The position numbers were made by a program, and so were the translations under genes. The notes beneath the pieces were generated by a model that saw only the letters and a program-made list of their open reading frames with translations, ran no database searches and was not told the origin of the DNA. From assembly GCA_046563655.1 (NCBI GenBank), contig CM102289.1:4526001-4590000 (forward strand): a DNA stretch of 64,000 nt. Reading direction: 5' to 3'. This DNA is from Yuukianura sp. NJ FZ-2021 (taxonomy: Eukaryota). This document shows positions 50,301 through 63,658 of the stretch, in pieces; within the stretch, counting starts at the first letter, position 1, and the number at the start of each line of letters is the position of its first letter.

Positions 50301-51645
50301 TGTCTCAAGTGACCTTAAATGACTCTCAAGAAACGACGCTGATTCTGCGCTCAAGACTTCCAGTTCAAAACTTCCAGTGCTACGAACCTGTGGCCAAGTA
50401 CTACAGTTCCCATTGTCTCAGCATTGCCAAGGTACACTGTAATAACTAACTCGTTTAATAATTGCGCCTCAACGATCACAAACAACAAGGCAAAAGGCAA
50501 ATGCTAAACGGAAAGTTAGTTTCGTGATGTCGCACTTTGTGCGGTTACGCTTTGTCGGCTTTCTTAAACCCGAAAATGGAAAGTTTGTTGAAATGCAGAA
50601 GAGGAAGTAACAGGGTTGACAAGCCTTAATTAAACAAAATGGAAATGACTGTTTACATATTGAAAGTTTCAGGAGTTAAGTCTAGTACAAGTGAAAATAG
50701 ACAACGAGGGGTGGTGGTGAAAGCATCTGGTCAATTTCATTAAATCCCAATAACTAAAAACTTAGTTCACAAAAGAGGGAAGTCCCTTGTCACCTAAATG
50801 CTACAGAATTTTCCTCTGAATAAATCAGAGCAACTGCTGTGGCGGGAATTTCAAACACTTCAGAATTCAGATATTCCGCTTGTCTATTTTGAATATGCAT
50901 GGCGACACGGTTCGTGGATGATATGAAGCTGACAATCACATGTGCCTCTCCATGTTCACTTCGCACTCGGAATATTTTAATCAATTTTGGTTTAAGAGAT
51001 CCAAATTTCAAGTGTGGAACACATTTTCCCAAAACGCCACTGCTGCTCTACTATGCTGCTACTAGAAGTAGAGTTTTCAAATTTGAATTTTGGGAAATGC
51101 CAAGCCGTCATTTGAAAATGTTACACCTTTAGGTTTATGACAAGGCGGCAACAGAATGCTGGAGCATTAAGTGAATTTTAGGACTTTCTCCTACATACGC
51201 CAATGTCAAAAGGTTTTCAATGCTTTACGATTTTTGAATCACAAAAGAAGGCACAAATTCGCATTTTTGGAAGAAAGGAAAAAATTGTATAAAAAATGCT
51301 TTCATTTTAAAGTCTTTTGTCAATGCTTGGCCGGAAAAAGAGTTTCAAAATCAAGCGCAATTGTGAGGCTGGGTCGCCATATTGAAAAAATGTCTAAAGT
51401 TGTCACCTCAACTTGGTGACAAAAGTGTGAAAATTCATTGTAAAGAACATATGCTTTTGTATGAAAGAAAAATAAGGTAAAAGTGAATTTATTTTTCTCT
51501 TTTTCAGAATCCGTATGTGATGGGAAAACTTTACATTTTTGTGAATCTTTGTGAACGTGGTTGGTCGTCGGAGTCCATAATTGAAGCCATGGCTCACACC
51601 TGTCACAGCAGCAGCGGAAGAGGAACTTATGAAGGCATTTCTTAA
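41315..51645 (+). CDS. LGMN: Legumain (asparaginyl endopeptidase, peptidase C13)
   Basis: 11 exons (41315-41557, 41748-41845, 42980-43041, 43772-43857, 44708-44846, 45112-45181, 46995-47113, 47787-47948, 49364-49480, 50264-50431, 51508-51645). Signal peptide, [24 protein letters not shown], catalytic DHG (His) and EACESGSMF (Cys), [26 protein letters not shown]-terminal prodomain cysteines. Confidence 0.96.
43077..43089. promoter_or_regulatory. Second perfect DR1 element, in legumain intron 3
   Basis: AGGTCA-A-AGGTCA, 35 bp into the intron. Confidence 0.5.
45344..45457 (+). other. GC-rich predicted RNA pseudoknot module in legumain intron 6
   Basis: S1 GCTGTCTG(45357-64)/CAGACAGC(45380-87) crossing S2 CAGCAGGG(45371-78)/CCCTGCTG(45402-09), plus flanking hairpins and an enclosing stem. 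Confidence 0.35.
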
Positions 51646-53749
51646 GCCGTGTTCCCAGTAGAAACTTCTTTTTTGTAAGCAACATCTTCTTAAGGTGTTT
51701 GCTTTCCGAAAATATCTTCTAACATTCTCTTTTTTGGTTCTAATAGTAGTCGTTAGTTGCCCTTTTTCGTCACATTTTATGTGTATTCGCTTGGATTGAA
51801 TTTCCAATTACTTCGCTTCTTTTCTTCCAGAAAATAAATTGGATGACTCCAACTTATTCCATGTAATTCCTGTTACGAGTTGGGTTTTGAGCAGGTAGTA
51901 AAACGCTGTGCTAAAAGGCTTAATCTATAATACACTTTGAGCTCCCCTTGACGCTTGCCTAAGTTGAAATTAGACTGAAGTTGCGGGGAGGAAGTGAAAG
52001 TCGAGGAAAGTTCTTAACCTCATAAATCTAATCCGCTAGGCATGGGTTATGTTGAGCATGACACAAGCAAGTATACTTTTCTGCACTATTGCTACTATAT
52101 GTTGGATGTTGCGAAGATTCTTTTCACCATGGAAACAATATTGGAGCCTTACTGAAGAAGGAAGGAAAACGGGAGCGGAATTTTTCAATTTAAAAAGTTT
52201 AGGAAAAGCCTTTCCTTCCTGCCGTGCTCATCTCCATATCACGGCGGCACTCAGGCTAACTTTTACTTTTACACTTTTCTCCTTGCCTTCCCCTTTCACT
52301 TTTGTATGCTCTGAATTTCTCACTTTCTCGTTTTCAAAAGTTTTACACTAGGTTTCCTACCAAAAATTCTACTTTAGCCTTTTGTAGTTAAGAGGCTGGA
52401 ATTAATCCTTATGGCTCTAATTTCCGGGATTTATGGATGGGTTTGACTGCAGCGCTAGTTTCACAAGAGGGAGATTTGAATTTTTTACAAATTCGGGATT
52501 TTTTTTCTGCCAAAAATCCAGATTGATTTTCTTATTTCGTGTTCAATCTTTTAAGTTGCTTAGCATGTATGGAAATTGTTTCAATAAGATTACTGTATCA
52601 ATGTTGTAATATAAAGAATTATTTCACTCAAATAATAAATAAACTATTTTATTAGAAAGCAAATAATTTGAACTTCAATGAAACGGATGAGTACCTCAGA
52701 GAAAGCAAGTGTGGCAAATATAAAATATTCTGAATATTTTTGAGTTCTGCACGCGTCTCTTCAAAAGGTAAAATAAACAGAACTGGATTTTGTTAATTTT
52801 GAAAAGTTTTAGGAATTTTCATGTTTAAGAAGGGAAGTAGCCTCACAGTTGATATTAATTAACCAAGGCACCCCTCCTGCAGAAGCTGCTCTGCCCTGGA
52901 AAATAATCAAATCTGAGGAGAGAGAGATGCGTCGAGGATGTTGTTGAAGCCTCAACTTTCTCCTTTTTAATGAAGTATATTTTCACTCAGCGAAGAGCAA
53001 ATGGGAAAGGATCCTGCATAGAATTTGGAATTAACCTTCGCATCCGCTCCAGACAGGAGTTCAGTCGCTCAGTCCATTCCACTCCTATAGCATAGCATAT
53101 ATCACAAATTCCAAAAATCCTCTTCTAACAAAATCAAGAAAAGTGTAGACGCCAGCATCAACCCTCTATTTACTCTAGTGTTCTCCCCAAAGAAAAAGAA
53201 ATATGCTTTCTCTTCATTTTCTTCAGGACAAATTAGATCTTTGTCGCTAGAGACAATGCATGTCGGAGCACTTATGGACGGACTCTAATGGACACGCCGC
53301 GCACTTAAGCATAAGTTCAGAAACCTCATATGACATCATATGCGTCAGCTATTTCCCGTCGACACAATCAATTAGTAGTCCCAAGGTGACTGCTTTACGG
53401 ATATTTGTCAATAACTGTTCTGCTCAACTCTACCAACATGAAGTATCCAAGATCGAAACAGAAGCCCCTTTGAAAAAATACTGAACACAATAAGACTAAA
53501 AAGCTTCCTTTTGCTTTCCTTATTTCAGAATTTCAGTAAAACATGTTTTCTTTTTGTATTCTGCTGTTTTTTTTTATTTAAAACGTATAGCACTCTTTGA
53601 CACTTGATAGGGAGGTGAGAATAAAGAAAATGGATTTGATCTTTGGAACTTCTTTGCCGTTTAAGCTTGATTGCACCTAACGTAATGAACCAGAGGAAGA
53701 TGAGAACTTCATCCTCTATCTCTGGCTCGGAATATCTTTTGCTTTCACT

Positions 53750-56700
53750 TCAGTGCACTGGCTCGTGTCTCTTTTGATGGTGGACAGACGAAGCGGTATA
53801 TTTGAAGGGATGGTGGTAATTCCTCCTTTGTTGATGATCGTCAAAGTTGGAAAGCGTTTTTGGTGGTGCGAGCTGGTCATCTTCGTCATTCGAATGGTCA
53901 CTCAACTTGTGCCACTTCTCCTGGAAATGTCTTCTGGAAGATGAGGACAAGGGTACTCGATCCCTACGACCAAGGTGACGACCATAATCATTTTCACTCC
54001 TATTGTTCCCCGTATGTTCCTCAAGAAGTCGTGATAAGATCTCTTCTTGGAGACTAAAGGGAAGAGAGGTTTTGGCTGGTACTGGAGCGGTTGCTAGATG
54101 ATGAGACAATGGGCTAGTGATTAGAGATGAAGTGGTTCTGGACTTGAGGTCCAACTGGTCATGATGGAGAGTTGTGGGCGGGGAGGCTGGGGACGGTGGT
54201 CGAGTAGCGGATGCTGACACGGCAGCAATGGCTGACAGAGTCTGACCTGGACGAGACCCATTTCGCAGGAAAGTGAGGACACGGTGGTATGTGAACGTAG
54301 GTCTCAAACTTTTCTTGGAACTCGAACTTGCCGCGGCCCTACTTTCACCATGTTCCGCATTTTTCTCGGGGGAATCTCTGGATGTGCCTGAAAGTCTCTT
54401 CTGGAAATCTTCTTCAAGCGCATCTGGAAACAATGTAAGGAGACAAATTAGTTTTAGAGACTTTTTTTAACATGACCTGAAATCCATTAGGAAAAGCGAC
54501 GTGAGACCAGAATCGAGTTCGAAAACATAGAAACGAACGTGTAAGCAGAAAACTATAAACGTATTATCTTTTGCGCCTTTGAGTTACCGTGCTAAGATAG
54601 CTTTCAGCACACGTTCAAGAAAAATCACATAGCGATAACTTTTCATTAATTTAAAACAAGTTTTGTATTAGAACCATACAGGAGACACAATTGGCTGAAA
54701 GAATTTTGTATTCAACTCTTAACATTACTGCTGTTAATGAGGCGATTTACAGATTCGCTTATACGCAATTTCCCATTAGAGTTCAGGTGCATCTCCTGAG
54801 TGATTGGTTAGGCGCTCAAAAAACTACGACCACACTTTTCGTACTAGCATACGCTGCTCCACATATCGAACATTTGCGATCGGACGAAAACAGGACCCTT
54901 CCTCCAGAAAACATAGGTTTTCTGGAAGACGTTTCAGAAATCCTCGGATTTTTGCCTTTTTTTTGCTCCGCATGGCAAAACGGTCGAAGATTCGTCAAAT
55001 AGGAGATGTTCAAGATGTGGAGCAGCGTTAGCTAATACGAAAAGTGTGGTCGTAGTTTTCTGAGGCTCCTACCAATCAGTCAGGAAATGCACCTGAAGAT
55101 TGGGTCAGAGTTCACGAATTTTGTGTTTACAATTTACAATTTCGTATTACGTCACCAAGACTTGGGGCAACCTGAGAATTGAGGCTAAGAAATAGCTCAC
55201 CCACTTCATCCTACAGTTTTAGAAAACCCGCAAATGGTTCTCCGATTTGAAATTTAACTAACGTTTAATTAACGTGATTCGCGAGTTAGTTTGAGTTGTG
55301 CAAAATTTCCATGGTAAAGAATCCACCCGTTGGGGTTTTTCGTGATTACGTAGTTGTAAATTCTCAGTTCTCAGTCGTTGCCATGTCTACAAAACATTCT
55401 TTGGCGTTATTTTTATTGACCTGATGCCTCTCCTTAATTACAAAACTAATCCAGAAAGATAAAATAATGAGACAAAGGTTTTAATCAAAGAAAAGTTCCG
55501 GAATCGTGATATCACATGCCGAAAAGTCGCTTATCAAAAAAAAAAGTTACAGTTTTTTTTTTCGATAGCGTCTCCAAAGTTTTTACAAAAGTTGAGAATA
55601 TAAAAACCCAAACTAAAAAGAAGCTTATTATCTGTTCTAGACAGCACAGCCCAGTTTTATCATCCTTAAAACCAAGCCTTTGTTGAGGATAAAAAGCAAC
55701 GGGAAAACCGTTAACTTGACTTGGAAAGATAAGAGACGTAAGGTACGCTCCTCTTTTCCAAAGTCCAACTTTCATTACTTTCTTTTCGGTTCGTTTGAAT
55801 AAGATGATAATCTTCCGGTGTGCACACCAAAACTTCAACAAAAACCTTGCAGCTCCAGCAAAATGCCTCACAAAAGTAAGTTTATCTTCAACGAGCACGA
55901 AACTGTTCGGACGTAGGTTGTAAAATATAGAACGCGCCAAAACAGGAAAAAGAAACGATGGTTTGACGAGAAGGGAGGATTAGATTCGCACGTTGTTAAA
56001 TTGAGTTTTATAATAATCTAGACAGACTACCACTATAGTCGTACTGTGCGGGGCGTGCCTTATCTGCCCACAATGAAAAAATGAAAGCTTCATTTCTCCA
56101 GGGGGAAAAGAAACGTAGCGGAACTGTAGAATTTTAGTTTCTTTGTCGGAAGATTATGGAGGTTGGTTCTTATATGGTGATTACTTACAAGTTTACCAAA
56201 CGCAGAAAGTAACTGCTGCTGTTTTTCTTCTGGATTTTTGTTGGAAAAGAAGAAAGTGCCTCTACTCTTGTAGGAAATGCCTATTTTTTGTTTCCTTTGG
56301 GGCTTTCACTTTTTACGTTCCTTCTCTTTTGGAATTGTATGAAAAGAAAAGTTTTGTTGGGTGAAAGCGTGGTGGCGGTGATATGAGATCGTTATGCTTT
56401 TTCTTTTCGACACGCTCTGTCTTTTGTGTGTACTTTTTTCTTTCCTAAGTTTTTTAGACATGACTATGAGTGCCACATGGGAAAAAATAGTTTCACTTGG
56501 AGAAAAGCAGAAGCGGAAATGAAACCTTATGTTGAATCGTTCAGTACTTGTTCAGAACTGTTCACCTTTGATCCGAAGAAGTATCCCGGGAGACCCAAGC
56601 AACTGTCCAACTATGGACATTAGGACTGGCACTAATTCAAAAGAAAGGGCAAAAGTCTTTGCCTCTTGGGACAGACCAGAACTCATCAGATTTACTTTCA

Positions 56701-59700
56701 CTGTGACATTTATTTCCCGTCTTTCCAAACTGTGAATGACAATTAACTCACAAATGGCCTCATTCGCTTTCACTTTATTCCCCGCGGAACACAGCAAAAC
56801 TTTGCTTTTCCTATGGTACGCAACCTTCGCTTTTGTGTGATGTCCTGTTTGAGGAAATTCGAGGAAAGCATTTGAGGAAAATGATAATTTCAGTCAGTTT
56901 GAGGGCAACGGAGTTCAGTTCTGGTTTTTGTTTCTAAAATTCTTTGTTTCTTAGATACTATCTCTGAAATATTACCAAGAAATTTATAACTGTGGTAAAT
57001 AGAACAAAAATTTTCATTTTTTTTCAAAGAAGTCAGTATATACGCAAACCTTCCATTTTTCAAATACTGGTTGAAGTTAATCGATCATGAACTTAAAATG
57101 AACTCAATTGGGTTTGATGAGAGCATGAATAAATTATCAGATCACTTTCTTTCTGAGGCAGATACTTTACTTTTTAGTTCCATTACTATTATCCGAACAG
57201 GAATGATGAATAAATGATTTGAACTTTTTACGTTCATAAGTTCATATCCGTTCTTCCTTCCAAACCGACATTCAAAATTTAAAAGCCTCCAATTTATACC
57301 CAGTAAAATCGGAAGCGAAAGGATTTTACTTTAGATTCCACTTTGATCATCGAAACTTGAAAGGAGTTTTTTCCATTTCTTTTTCCTCTGTAAAGGACAT
57401 GATGGGCATCGTAGCAAATTCAATTTGAACCAGCGGTCACCACCAGAAAGTCATTTCAAATCGAACTTTCTCTGTGACCCGCACTTTCTCTTTGAAAAGT
57501 GATTTTCAACCAATGAAAATTGAGCATAGGGGAGGTATTCTCTGTTAGAACGCTGCTTCATCTAGTACTGTAGAAGTTCCAAACCTGTTTCCTGTGTTCT
57601 CAATTCACTTTCACTTTATAGGCTTTCGATCTCCCTCTTCGCCGACTACTGCCAGCAGGAGTTCCGTTGTTGTCTCAAAGTCATTATTAGAGACAAGAGG
57701 GAAAGCCACGGTTGAAAACCTCAAACAGTTATTTCTAAAGTTCCTGGAACCTCACCCTTGAAACAGCTTTGTGTATACATGGTACACAGGAGTTCATGAG
57801 AAGCTTCTGTGTCATGGCCTCGTAATTTACTTTGGAAAACCTTTCCTGCCTTTCTCTGTACTAGAGCAGAAGAGGTTTACTGAATAAATAAAGGAGAGAG
57901 CTACTTGGTCTTCTCCAGAAGAAGTGAAAGTGGTGGTGTGTCTCAGGGTAAGTTATACACCGAAAGCGGTGTTCTGGGAGGGCAGAGATAGAGAAAAGTG
58001 ACAAGCGGAGCCATGGCTGGGTAAACGACTTTTCTTTATTACCCGCCATGTTCCGCTGCTCACCGTATTTTGGATTGCCAATTTGCTACAAACTTGGTCC
58101 GGTCAAGCTTCGTTCCCTCGAACCTCTTCATTCCCTGACCTCTGCCCTTTCAACTTTGAAGTTTATTCCGGAAATAGACTATTACTCTGTAGAATTGACT
58201 TCTAAGTAAAAGTAATGCCCAGCATTCAGGTCAGTCAACAGATACAGATTAATTCCGTTAATTACATTTTATCAGAAAGAGCGAAATGAAGCAATGAGTC
58301 CCTTGGGGAATTTTCCGGTTACTAGGAAAGAAACGAATCAAGTGGATAAATTGTAGCTAACAAAGCATAGGATTTGTTCCTTACTCAGAGCATGACTCAG
58401 TTGGATCCAATCGAAGGGAGTCCGAGTGGCAGCATCCACTACTGCAGCCCACAACGTCTCATTCACTCCCTGTTGTCTAGGATCCATTTCCTTGTGAAGA
58501 AAGTACTGCTCTGCTTTCTAAGAAGAACCGAATGAAAGGAGAGATTAATCATCATGATCTGCTCTTCTAACTTTCTGGACAGCTTCCTCCTAGGTTCTGT
58601 CTTGAACCAGAAGTTTTAGAAAGTAAAAGTGAAGCCATTTCGAAACAGATTGATCCCATTCACTTTCCCTTTTACTTTCTTATTCCTCCCTCTTACAGGA
58701 TCTACGGCGGAAGCTAAAGGAGCACACTAAAAGCGTTTCGAAAAAGGCTACGGAGGTTGATTTCTGGTTTTTACCTGTTGGTGACCTGGCGCATGCCCTG
58801 TTAAGTCATAAGGAAACCCGTCTCGTTCGTTTTCAAAAATATTCTGGCTTGATCTGCCACCATCAGTTGGACTGGAATATCCTAAAATATCAAAAGAGCA
58901 AGTGAAAGGTGAGAGGAAGGAGAAAACCAATTTAGAAAACATCTCCCGTGGGGTTTTTGCATCAACGTTTGCTTTCCTGCTTCAACCCAAGGATTTCATG
59001 TTGTTAGCGTTATAACGGAAAAAGGAGGGTTAGTATAAAATTAATTCGGAATCGGATTAATGGCTTAGATGAAATTCAGACATCTACTTTGGAATATCAA
59101 AATTTTGGGTTAGAGATTTGGTGAGAGATGAAATATTATCCGCAAAATTATAATCAAGATAAATTGACCTACACTCTAAATTCTCAAACTAGATTGTGAA
59201 AGTATAGCAATATATTGATTAATGACATTATATACTTTAAATAATAATGCTTTAAATCCTTAACGTAACTTCCTGTAGTATTAGCTGTTGGTATTGAAAT
59301 TAAGAAAATGATAATAGTTTAACGTCTCAAACTAAAGCTAACCTGAGATAGACATCTAGAAACTATATATTTCTATAAACTAGAAATATAAAATTCCTAA
59401 TAATTTTTTTGTGTTACTAAAAATAGTGTAGATTTTGGAAAAGTATCTTTGTATTCTCAAAACAACGCTATAAAAAACTAAGGAAGGGCGTGTCAAAAGC
59501 ATTTTAGTGTTGGAAAATACATGAAAGAATCGGGTTTAATACAGAGCTTCAGTCGTTACTTGAGCCTCGGATATTATTTATTTGTAGGAAGCACATGATC
59601 CTCCATACTTTTTCTTTGTCGATGAGAAACACGAAAGTAAAAGCCCACTTGAGCCGCATGTTCAATCACTCAAAGAGAACACCGAATGAAAACGTTCTTT

Positions 59701-60089
59701 CAATCAATTTCCACCGAACAACCCCTTAGAAGTGATCCTACCTTTGTATGCTCCCTTATGCCTCCTAACTCGCTAAAACGCTAGAGGGAACATAACTTAT
59801 TCCGCTATTCCCAAGTCTCTAAAGAATAACAACGGAAATTCGTATTTCATTAGGCAAGAAGGTCTGGGGAAAATGGCGTGCATGCGGAGATATAATAAAA
59901 CCTGGACTACTTTTGGACTTGGGATTGTTTATGTACATTTTCATTTTGTCGAAAGATTTTACAGAAAAAAAACAACAACAACAAACAAAACCCGAAAAAT
60001 AGATTTGATCAATAAAATCTAGACGTACCAATTGCAGAAGATAGTAGCAGGAAAGAAGACAAGAAAATAGAGGCAAATGGGGTTCGCAT
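53750..60089 (-). CDS. Uncharacterised secreted protein / possible peptide precursor, 324 aa
   Basis: Exons 60089-60029, 58881-58775, 58517-58385, 54423-53750 join in frame (975 nt). Signal peptide MRTPFASIFLSSFLLLSSAIGYS. Several dibasic sites (KR, KK, GRR, RR, RR, KR). Confidence 0.7.
54782..55097. mobile_element. MITE-like foldback element with ~107-bp imperfect terminal inverted repeats
   Basis: 54782-54888 (TTCAGGTGCATCTCCTGAGTGATTGG..AACTACGACCACACTTTTCGTA..ACGCTGCTCCACAT..GACGAA) is the imperfect reverse complement of 54991-55097. No ORF, no clear TSD. Confidence 0.8.
55158..55388. mobile_element. Second, more decayed MITE-like element
   Basis: AGACTTGGGGCAACCTGAGAATTGAG versus reverse complement of the right end AGACATGGCAACGACTGAGAACTGAG. 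Weak inner symmetry (GAAAACCC / GGGTTTTTC). Confidence 0.4.
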
Positions 60090-61004
60090 TATCAGTTGAC
60101 AATTCATGATCAGCTAGGTCATTGAATCACTAGTTACCATATAAACTCTGCTCTTTAACTTTCGTACTTCTAATGTAACAGAAAAGCTTAACGACATCAA
60201 AATAGTTAGTGACGGGAACTTTTGACTACTTTGAATTCTGCTGATGTTCTAAGAATTTCGAGAAACTTTACGGATGCAACCTTCTGTTGCGGTGTTCACT
60301 CCACGACTGAAATGCCGGAGAAAGTGTTTCCTGGAAGAAAGTTTTCCTGTTCCCTTCTTAAATAGTAGTTGAACCAGGCGTCTAATAGAAGACTCGTCTA
60401 TTGCTTATTAGTTTCCTATTGCGCATGTCAACTTGATCAGCCAGAAAAGCACTAGTATTACCCATGCTTTTATGAATTCAAAGAAATCGGATCCAACGTG
60501 AAATAATTTAAGTGGATTAGCCCTTTAGTAGTAAGGTGAACCTGAACTGAATTACTTTTGATTCTTGTCACACCATTTCCATGGAATTAATTTGTCCATA
60601 CAAAGGGAAACGGCGGAGTGTGGAAGTCATCAATTTTCGTCTGAAAAGCACTTTTTCAAAAAGAATGTGACAAAGCGGAATTGAAGGACATTTACACCCT
60701 AGCCCAATTCCGAATTCTCGCCCAACTTGCACTTTTCTTTTAAAATCACGTCATGCACTTGACTAAGGAGTTACAAAAAAAAAGTTCAATCGTTTTTGGT
60801 ATATTAGAGGAAAAAAGTGACCAACATAAATGACAATTCAAGGGAAAATTTGCCAAGTGATGAGATGCGAAGAAAGAACTTTCTTTTTCATCGCGGTTAA
60901 ATTGTGGACTTCTTTATTCCAGACGGAACAAAAGTAGAACTTAACATATAAGTTGGAAAATTTTCAATTTTATTAGAGACGCTTTCTATTTTAAGACGAC
61001 ATTA

Positions 61005-63658
61005 TTATGTCGCTACAGCTACTGGCTCTTTCTCACAGTATTTGATCCGAATCATCTCTGCACATTGCGTGATTCCGAGTCCAGTTACTTCTGAAAGTAT
61101 CACAGGAGGGAATACGACACGAACAACACGATCTAGATGGGGCACAAGTAGATGCGTGAAATATCTTCTCATTCTGTTGAATTCTGACTTCTCTTTGGAC
61201 TCCCATGTCAGCGTTTCGGAACTTCCCCAAGCTTCCAGTTCCTGTCCAATTTTGTTAATACTTCCTTCCAAACTCGAAATGATACGAGACGTGGCTTGGG
61301 TCAATGGACACTTTGCGATGAAATTGAGAAGACCAAGGACGTCATTGAGGTATACCGCAAGAGGAGTGTGGGAAACTAATTGCCTTGGTGGACTTAAGTC
61401 ATCTGGGGCGGGGAAATCCAAGTTTGCACTTTCTGGATTATTTGAACTGGAAATGATAGCAGCAGCGAGGTTGAAGTGCTTCAAATTTTTGACAAACTTA
61501 ATTTCAAATTGGCTCAAACTATTCTCCAATATTCGAACGATATGCTCTGCAAACATGGGTATAACAAGACCGCGAACCTAAAACACGTTTGAAGTATATT
61601 TAGGAACATGACTCAATTGATTCTGAATTGAAGGTCAAAACAACACCACTGTAAATTATTAACTTGAACTTACATCAGCGCCAACTCTGGCCAAACTCTC
61701 GCCAAAATAATTTGCTTGTAACATCAACGAATCGATGCCGTCGGATCGGTCGATATTCGACTCCAGATTAGCCAACACTTGATTAATCTAGAATAGACAT
61801 AAGACGCAATCTTCAGTATTACCCCTACGTATTTGAAGTTGATGTAGCAGTTGCACATTATTTTCGAAGTATCACCCCTATAGCGCATGGGCAATTGATA
61901 TGACACATAATTAATAGTTTTAATGCTGTTAGATATGATATCTAATTATTAGATAGAAATATCTAACGGCGTTAAAATTATTAAAGTTTTGTATTTATAA
62001 CTATTGTACATGATGTTTATAAAACGTCATGTTTACTTTTCCACCCACTGGAGTGAAAAATGCCGATATGTGTTGCTGAACTGCGTTTAACTTACCGACG
62101 AGTCGTTCCGAATCACCTTAACGTTATTTCAGCCACCACCATCCGTATTGGTACTAACACCGTAAACCTCTCTTAATAAAACCGTAAACTTGGATGTAAA
62201 ACTCACGTATTACCTGAATTGAAACCCATGTTGACAAGTAGTGACTGGAGTCACCACCAAATGCAGCCCGATGCTGCGTCAATGTGTCGAATATCCAACT
62301 TCGGCTCTCCTCAAAAGAAATTTCCTTCATTCGAGACTGTAGGTATCTGAATCGCAACCCTTTGTCATCGGAGAAAAAGCTACGCAAGAGAGATACAGTT
62401 TGCAAGCATTCTGACAGGCCTGTAGCGCCGGAAGACAATTTTAACAGCAGAGCTTGCTGTATTTCTGACTGTAGTGTAGCCACTTCGCTGCAAATTTTCT
62501 GCAAATCAGAATTTATAGTCATTGGATTACGAAAGATAATCGAGGCTTACGAAACAATTCAGTTAATCCAATTCAAGCCGGGGTTGCTTTATGCCCAATC
62601 CCAATGGTCGCTGTAAAGTTAACCTTAAAGTTTAAGGCAAGGCCCAAAAACGTGTTACCATGTTACCTGCAAAATAGAAGGTGGATCGTCGATGTTTTTC
62701 ATAAACTCTTGAGAGGATTGTAAAACTTTGATTGCGTATGGTAACTTCTCTTCTGCCAGACACCTTCTGACAATCCATGGCATTTCTAGCAATGTATTAA
62801 TTGATTCGATTTTCTCAAACATATTGGTAACGTCCCTCTTCTCTGTCGCAAATTCGGTACTTGGAGTATCAGAGAAAACTGCAACTTGACATTGAACGCA
62901 AGGTACCATGGTTTCATTTAGGATGTCAACTGTATTGCTAGTTTCTGCGAGCTGAAATATTGGCCATTCACGTAACAACAAGTAAAGTACAACATGGGGA
63001 AATTCAATTCAGTGAGCGTGAAAAACAAGAATCTTACACGCCTTGTAATATCACTTGTGATTTTAGCTGAATGGACGAAAACTTGATAATTCTGACTCGC
63101 TAAATCTCGTGTCTGGTGTTCCACTATTGCCAGTTCTTCATTTAAGCGTGAGACTTCGCCGTCTAGAATTTAATGGTAGATCAGTAAAACATTAAGTCGT
63201 CTATAAAATTAAACCGGATGTATTTGATATTAAGGCGATGAACAATTGGCAGGAGTTAAGGCTAATGGCACTCGAACAATTTTATGTCGCGGAACATATT
63301 TCTTACTTAAACTGTCAACCCCATTGGTCCCCAGCCGCTTCAAGCATGACAATTGCTCAAAATCTGTAAACACAAAGATATTGAAGCCATGATTTTTTAC
63401 GACAAGGGCACTTTGTATTGTTGGAAGGGTTTTAATTTAAATTGTTACTACTACTACTAATCTTTGGAATTTGGATATGTATATAAATTCAACTTTACTA
63501 TTCGGAACTCGGAACCAAAAATGTAGATCGTTTTTCTCCAATAATAATTACCGAAATTATAATTATAAATAAACACATATACCAAAACCATTTTCATATT
63601 CGTTGTCCTCTGCAGTGTTCGAAAAGAGAATTCTAAACAGTCGCCTTCCTGAATCCAT
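61005..63658 (-). CDS. COG8: Conserved oligomeric Golgi complex subunit 8
   Basis: QTRDLASQNYQVFV, LLEMPWIVRRCL, LSECLQTVSLLR, SRSWIFDTLTQHRAAF, QANYFGESLARVGADVRGLVIPMF, SPPRQLVSHTPLAVYLNDVLGLLN match the COG8/Dor1 motif series. ATG at 63658. Confidence 0.9.

Noticed and set aside
57433..57483. Short intronic hairpin (GGTCAC..AGAAAGT / ACTTTCT..GTGACC)
   Set aside because: Only ~50 nt, too short for a convincing pre-miRNA, and no known seed.
58402..58486. Pre-miRNA-like hairpin (TGGATCC..AGGGAGT / ACTCCCT..GGATCCA)
   Set aside because: Lies inside coding exon 3 of the secreted-precursor gene, has many bulges and matches no miRNA I recognise.
61042..61581. 179-aa + strand ORF
   Set aside because: Antisense shadow of the last COG8 exon.
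62020..62160. Possible H/ACA snoRNA in a COG8 intron
   Set aside because: ANANNA and ACA boxes can be found but the two hairpins could not be folded convincingly.
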